A stretch of 49,794 nt of DNA. Source: Protoeuglena noctilucae. Lineage: Eukaryota. Location: contig OY253682.1 of the NCBI GenBank assembly GCA_958009085.1, positions 930,001 through 979,794 on the forward strand, given 5' to 3'. Shown here piece by piece: positions 46,202 to 49,794 of this stretch. The notes below the pieces were generated by a model, which had not been told where the DNA came from, ran no database searches, and was given only the letters and a program-made list of their open reading frames with translations. The first letter of the stretch is position 1. Each line of letters opens with the position of its first letter. The translations under genes were made by a program, and so were the position numbers.

Positions 46202-49200
46202 ATGGGGGACGACGTTCCCGCGTGCGCCCCACGCGCCAATGCCGCATCAAGAATGCCCCGCTTTCCTGCGCGCAGGGTACTTCACCTCGGGCAGTACCTG
46301 TCCGCTCCCCGGCGCTGTCCCCGGTGCCGCGCCGCGTCCGAGGACAGCCCCGGCGATGCGGGCGTGCTGGCCACATTGACGCCGCGCCTTCGAGAGCTTC
46401 TGGGCACGCGCAGCAAGCTCTCCAAGTCAAGTGAGCATGCGCGCCGGCGTCGCTGGGGCTGGCTTGGCGACCAGGCGGGCCCCGTCGCGAGGATGGGCAG
46501 CGACTGTGGCGCCGGCTGACGGTCGCAGGGCTAATGACGCTGAGCGCGGAGGAGCTGCGAAGAGAGGCGGAGGCGCTGGGGGTGCAGTTCGAGGGCCGGA
46601 TGCGGAAGGAGGAGGTGGCGGTGGCGGTGCTCGAGGTCCTGGGCGGCCGTGCGCACGCGGGGTCACCGGTGGCCGAGAGCGGCGCGGCAGGGGACGGGGG
46701 CTCAGCTGACGAGGAGGGAGGGCAAGGGGACGTCGTGGAGACGCTTGAGGAAGCGGAGGAGCGGGCCATTGTCATGGAGGAGGGGAGTGTGGGCGAGGAC
46801 CACGAGGGGGCGACCCACGTGGAGGCGGCAAGAGAGAAGGAGGCGCGGGCCACGCTGCGGGAGCCTCGCGAGAGCGGGGCGCGGGCACTCGCGGAGACGA
46901 GCGGTGGCGAGGCATCCGGGGCGAACAAGTGGGTGCTACTGCGAAGGGGGGCGCGGGGGCTTGCATCCTGAGGTGTTGCGATGGCTAGGCGAGCGCTGGC
47001 CCTCCCCGGCCGCAGGTGGCGCGACAACAGTACCGGGTTGGACCTGACGTGGCTGGGCACGAGCAGCGGCGCCCCCACGCAGTCGCGCAACGTGTCGTGC
47101 GTGGTCCTGCGCATGCGGGACGGGCCCCTGTGGATCGTGGACTGCGGGGAAGGGACGGCGCGCCAGTTCCGGTGAGGGGCCAAATTGCAGTGCTCTCAGC
47201 CACCTGCAGGGCTGTCAGCACCTCGCACCGCGACAGACATGCCAGGCTTCTCGCGACCCATCGCGCATCCCGTCCCGCCTGCAGGAACCCACGGCTGGGT
47301 CCCGGGTTCGAGGCCGAGCGCCTGTCGCGCGTCCTGGTGACGCACCTGCACGGCGACCACTGCTTTGGTCTGCCGGGGATGCTGACACTGGCGGACGAGG
47401 CACGCAGGGGTACGGCGCACGAGGGGCGTCCCATCCACGTGGTGGGGCCCCCGGGAGTCGCCGACCTCGTGCACCTGGGGATCGGGTGAGGGTTGGATCG
47501 CGATGTTTCGGTGGGACGCAGATCGCAGGCGCAGGCGTGGGCGCGTCGGTCATCGCAGCCGGCTGACCCTCACCCCGTGCGCCGCCCCGCTCTCCAGGCA
47601 GCTGGAGAGCTTCTCGACGCCCGTGCTCGTCACCGAGATGGTGGTGCGGGCGTCGGACGCCAGGCCGGCCCGCACGGTGGGACTGCACGGCCTGCTGACC
47701 CTGGAGCGGCGTGCGCCGGACGGGGGTGGCGTGGGAGGTGCCCGGCCCGGCAGCGCGGGGGAGGCCGGCAGAGTGGTCAGCAGAGTGCCCGGCCCCGCCT
47801 CCTGGCCCAACCAGGGGGACCTGGCCGACGCGCACGGCCCTCGCCCCCTCTCCCCCCGCGGTGGCCCATCGAGGGGTCCGCCCCGCGGCGCAGGGAACGG
47901 GAGGCCCCGATCGGACAGCCCTGGGAGCCCCAGGAGCAGGGACTGGCAGACCCCGGTGAGCGTGCGATGACTGGCAGGGTGCAGGGGGGACCATGAGCAC
48001 CCGCTGCCGATGCACAGCTGGGGCCCGACGCTCCTCCCACCCACCCGCACTGCGCCTGCGACGAGTGCTTCAGTCCCAACCCGCGCAGGGTGGTCCTCCG
48101 AGCTCCGTGGCGGCTGGTGCGCGGCCGAACCCGGACGTGTGGCAGGACAGGAGGGGACGTGCCCCGAGGCGCGGCACCCCTCCGCCCCCGGCAGCGGGGC
48201 AGCAGGGGCAGCAGCCCGCGGACATCATCGCGGGAGCCGCGCGCCGGGTGCAGCGGGGGCCGGGGCCGCAGGGCGCGGGGGGGGCGGAGGGTCCGCGCCC
48301 TGGTCGGCGGTTCGCGGGTCGACGGGGGGGTTACAGCCTTGACGTGGCGCTGTCCCGGGTGCAGGAGCGGTACCGCGACGAGCTGCAGGCGTACCGGGAC
48401 GCAGAGCCCCTCACCTGGACGTTCCGGTGAGGCAGGGGCGGGGCAAGGGGGTGACGATGGGGTGTGGGGGTGCGTACGTTGGGGCAGTGACTGACGCGGT
48501 TGTGCCGTGCCCCCGCAGCTGCGAGGACGGCTTCACGGTGCGTTCGACGCGTCTCCTCCACCGCGTCCCCTGCTGGGGCTACGTGATCCAGGAGCCGCAG
48601 GGGGAGGGGGAGGGGCAGGGGCAGGGGCGCAAGGTGGTGGTGCTGGGGGACACGCACTGCAGTGACCACCTCGTCGACATCGGCAGGGGATGCGGTGCGT
48701 GACGCGGTGCCAGAGTGCGCCCGCGTGCTGCCACGAGTGCCCATGTGTCGCCACCCCGACCGCGCGTGTTTCTGCAGACGTGTTGGTCCACGAGGCGACG
48801 TTCATGGACGGGCAGGAGGGCAAGGCGGCGCAGGCGGGGCACTCGACGGCGCGCATGGCCGGGCGCTTCGCCGACGCCCTGGGCGCGCGCACCCTGGTCC
48901 TCACGCACTTCTCCCCTCGGTTCGTGGCACGTGGCGGTGGTGGAGTGGGGGACATCAAGGCGGGGCGGCAGGGGGGCGACATCGACGACAGGGACGTCAA
49001 GAACCTGCAGTGAGGGGCGGCTAGCAAAGCAGCACGGGGAGGGCTCAACTCCTGGACGTTGGGCTGGCGGTAGCATCGGCAGCCGTGCTCAGCAGCTGCA
49101 CCTCCCTCTGCTGCCCCGCAGGCGCCAGGCCGAGGAGGAGACGCGTGCCGAGGTCTTTGCGGCCAGCGACTTCTTCACCCTGCGCGTCCCCTCGCGCGGC

Positions 49201-49206
49201 ACGTGA
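46202..49206 (+). CDS. RNase Z (bacterial-type short form, metallo-beta-lactamase fold) with a Rho-N-like N-terminal domain; probably organellar; about 9 exons; start uncertain (46202 or 46253)
   Basis: LTWLGTSSGAPTQSRNVS, IVDCGEGT, VTHLHGDHCFGLPG, HRVPCWGY, VVLGDT, LVHEATF, GHST, LTHFSPRF and AASDF. Confidence 0.9.
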
Positions 49207-49528
49207 CGTGACAGCCGCGATGTGTGACAGCGTGACGGGGGGGATGGGCTCTGATGCATACCAGTGCGGGCCTTGCCAGCGCAACAGCTGCGTAGGTGTG
49301 GCGTGCCACACGTCGGCCGCCCTGTGCGAGGAGCGTGTGAAGGCCAGGACGTGTCGGTCGAGACCCCGGGGTCGTTAGGCATGGCAAGGCAGCAGACGAG
49401 ATGGCCAGCGCGACGGCGATGCCACGCTCTGGTCGGCAACAGCGCCTCGGCGTGATGAGCGCTTTGCTTTGTTGCAGAGTTTGGATGCGTTACTTTGGGG
49501 CGTTTGTTGCACGCTCGTCGCGCACGCC

Positions 49529-49794
49529 GGGTTAGGGTAGGCAGGGTAAGGTAGGTTAGGGTTAGGCCTTGGTTAGGTAGGGTTAGGTCAGGTTAGGGTT
49601 AGGGGTAGGTAAGGGTCAGGATTAGGGTTAGGGGTAGGTAAGGGTTAGGGTTAGGGTTAGGGTTAGGGTAGGGTTAGGGTAGGGTTAGGGTTAGGGTTAG
49701 GGTTAGGGTTAGGGTTAGGGTTAGGGTTAGGGTTAGGGTTAGGGTTAGGGTTAGGGTTAGGGTTAGGGTTAGGGTTAGGGTTAGGGTTAGGGTT
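49529..49794 (+). repeat. Telomere: degenerate variant repeats (49529 to ~49670) grading into pure (TTAGGG)n
   Basis: Tandem TTAGGG runs to the end of the sequence, with the G-rich strand oriented 5'->3' toward the end as expected for a right-arm telomere. Confidence 0.98.

Noticed and set aside
1..49206. Introner-type repeated introns
   Set aside because: I saw no shared sequence between different introns beyond splice signals and G/C tracts. A genome-wide comparison would be needed to exclude it fully.
1..49794. Non-standard genetic code (TAA/TAG = Gln, as in some ulvophytes)
   Set aside because: Conserved genes end at expected positions with TAG (PGLP, TSEN34) and TAA (WDR12, D27), and I saw no in-frame TAR codons in conserved exons.

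Overview
This is eukaryotic nuclear DNA: very GC-rich, intron-rich and gene-dense. It is the last ~50 kb of a chromosome arm and ends in a (TTAGGG)n telomere. Plastid-targeted genes (phosphoglycolate phosphatase, D27-like isomerase, PAP/fibrillin) together with flagellar genes (NEK kinase, DNAAF9/Shulin-like) point to a flagellated alga, most likely a chlorophyte (inference). I reconstructed 17 spliced genes by hand, mostly as divergent pairs: NEK kinase, DNAAF9-like, a 14-repeat WD40 protein, STK16-like kinase, SEN1/senataxin-like helicase, a DUF2061 protein, WDR12/YTM1, RPB7-like, PGLP, D27-like, fibrillin, PRL1, SWC6/ZNHIT1, an orphan with a myristoylation motif, TSEN34, a two-RRM protein and an RNase Z. 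Most entries in the ORF track are shadow frames or intron read-through. The most notable observations are: (1) many GC-AG introns, about 12 of roughly 85-90; (2) a stand-alone, internally conserved WD40 array that varies at the positions known from fungal HET-E/HNWD receptors; (3) an RNase Z with a Rho-N-like domain and no flexible arm; (4) SEN1 introns that carry copies of their own splice junctions, with a G/C skew phased to the splice sites; (5) a duplicated divergent-promoter block and a long nested hairpin in another divergent promoter. All exon boundaries and family calls were made by eye, without database searches.
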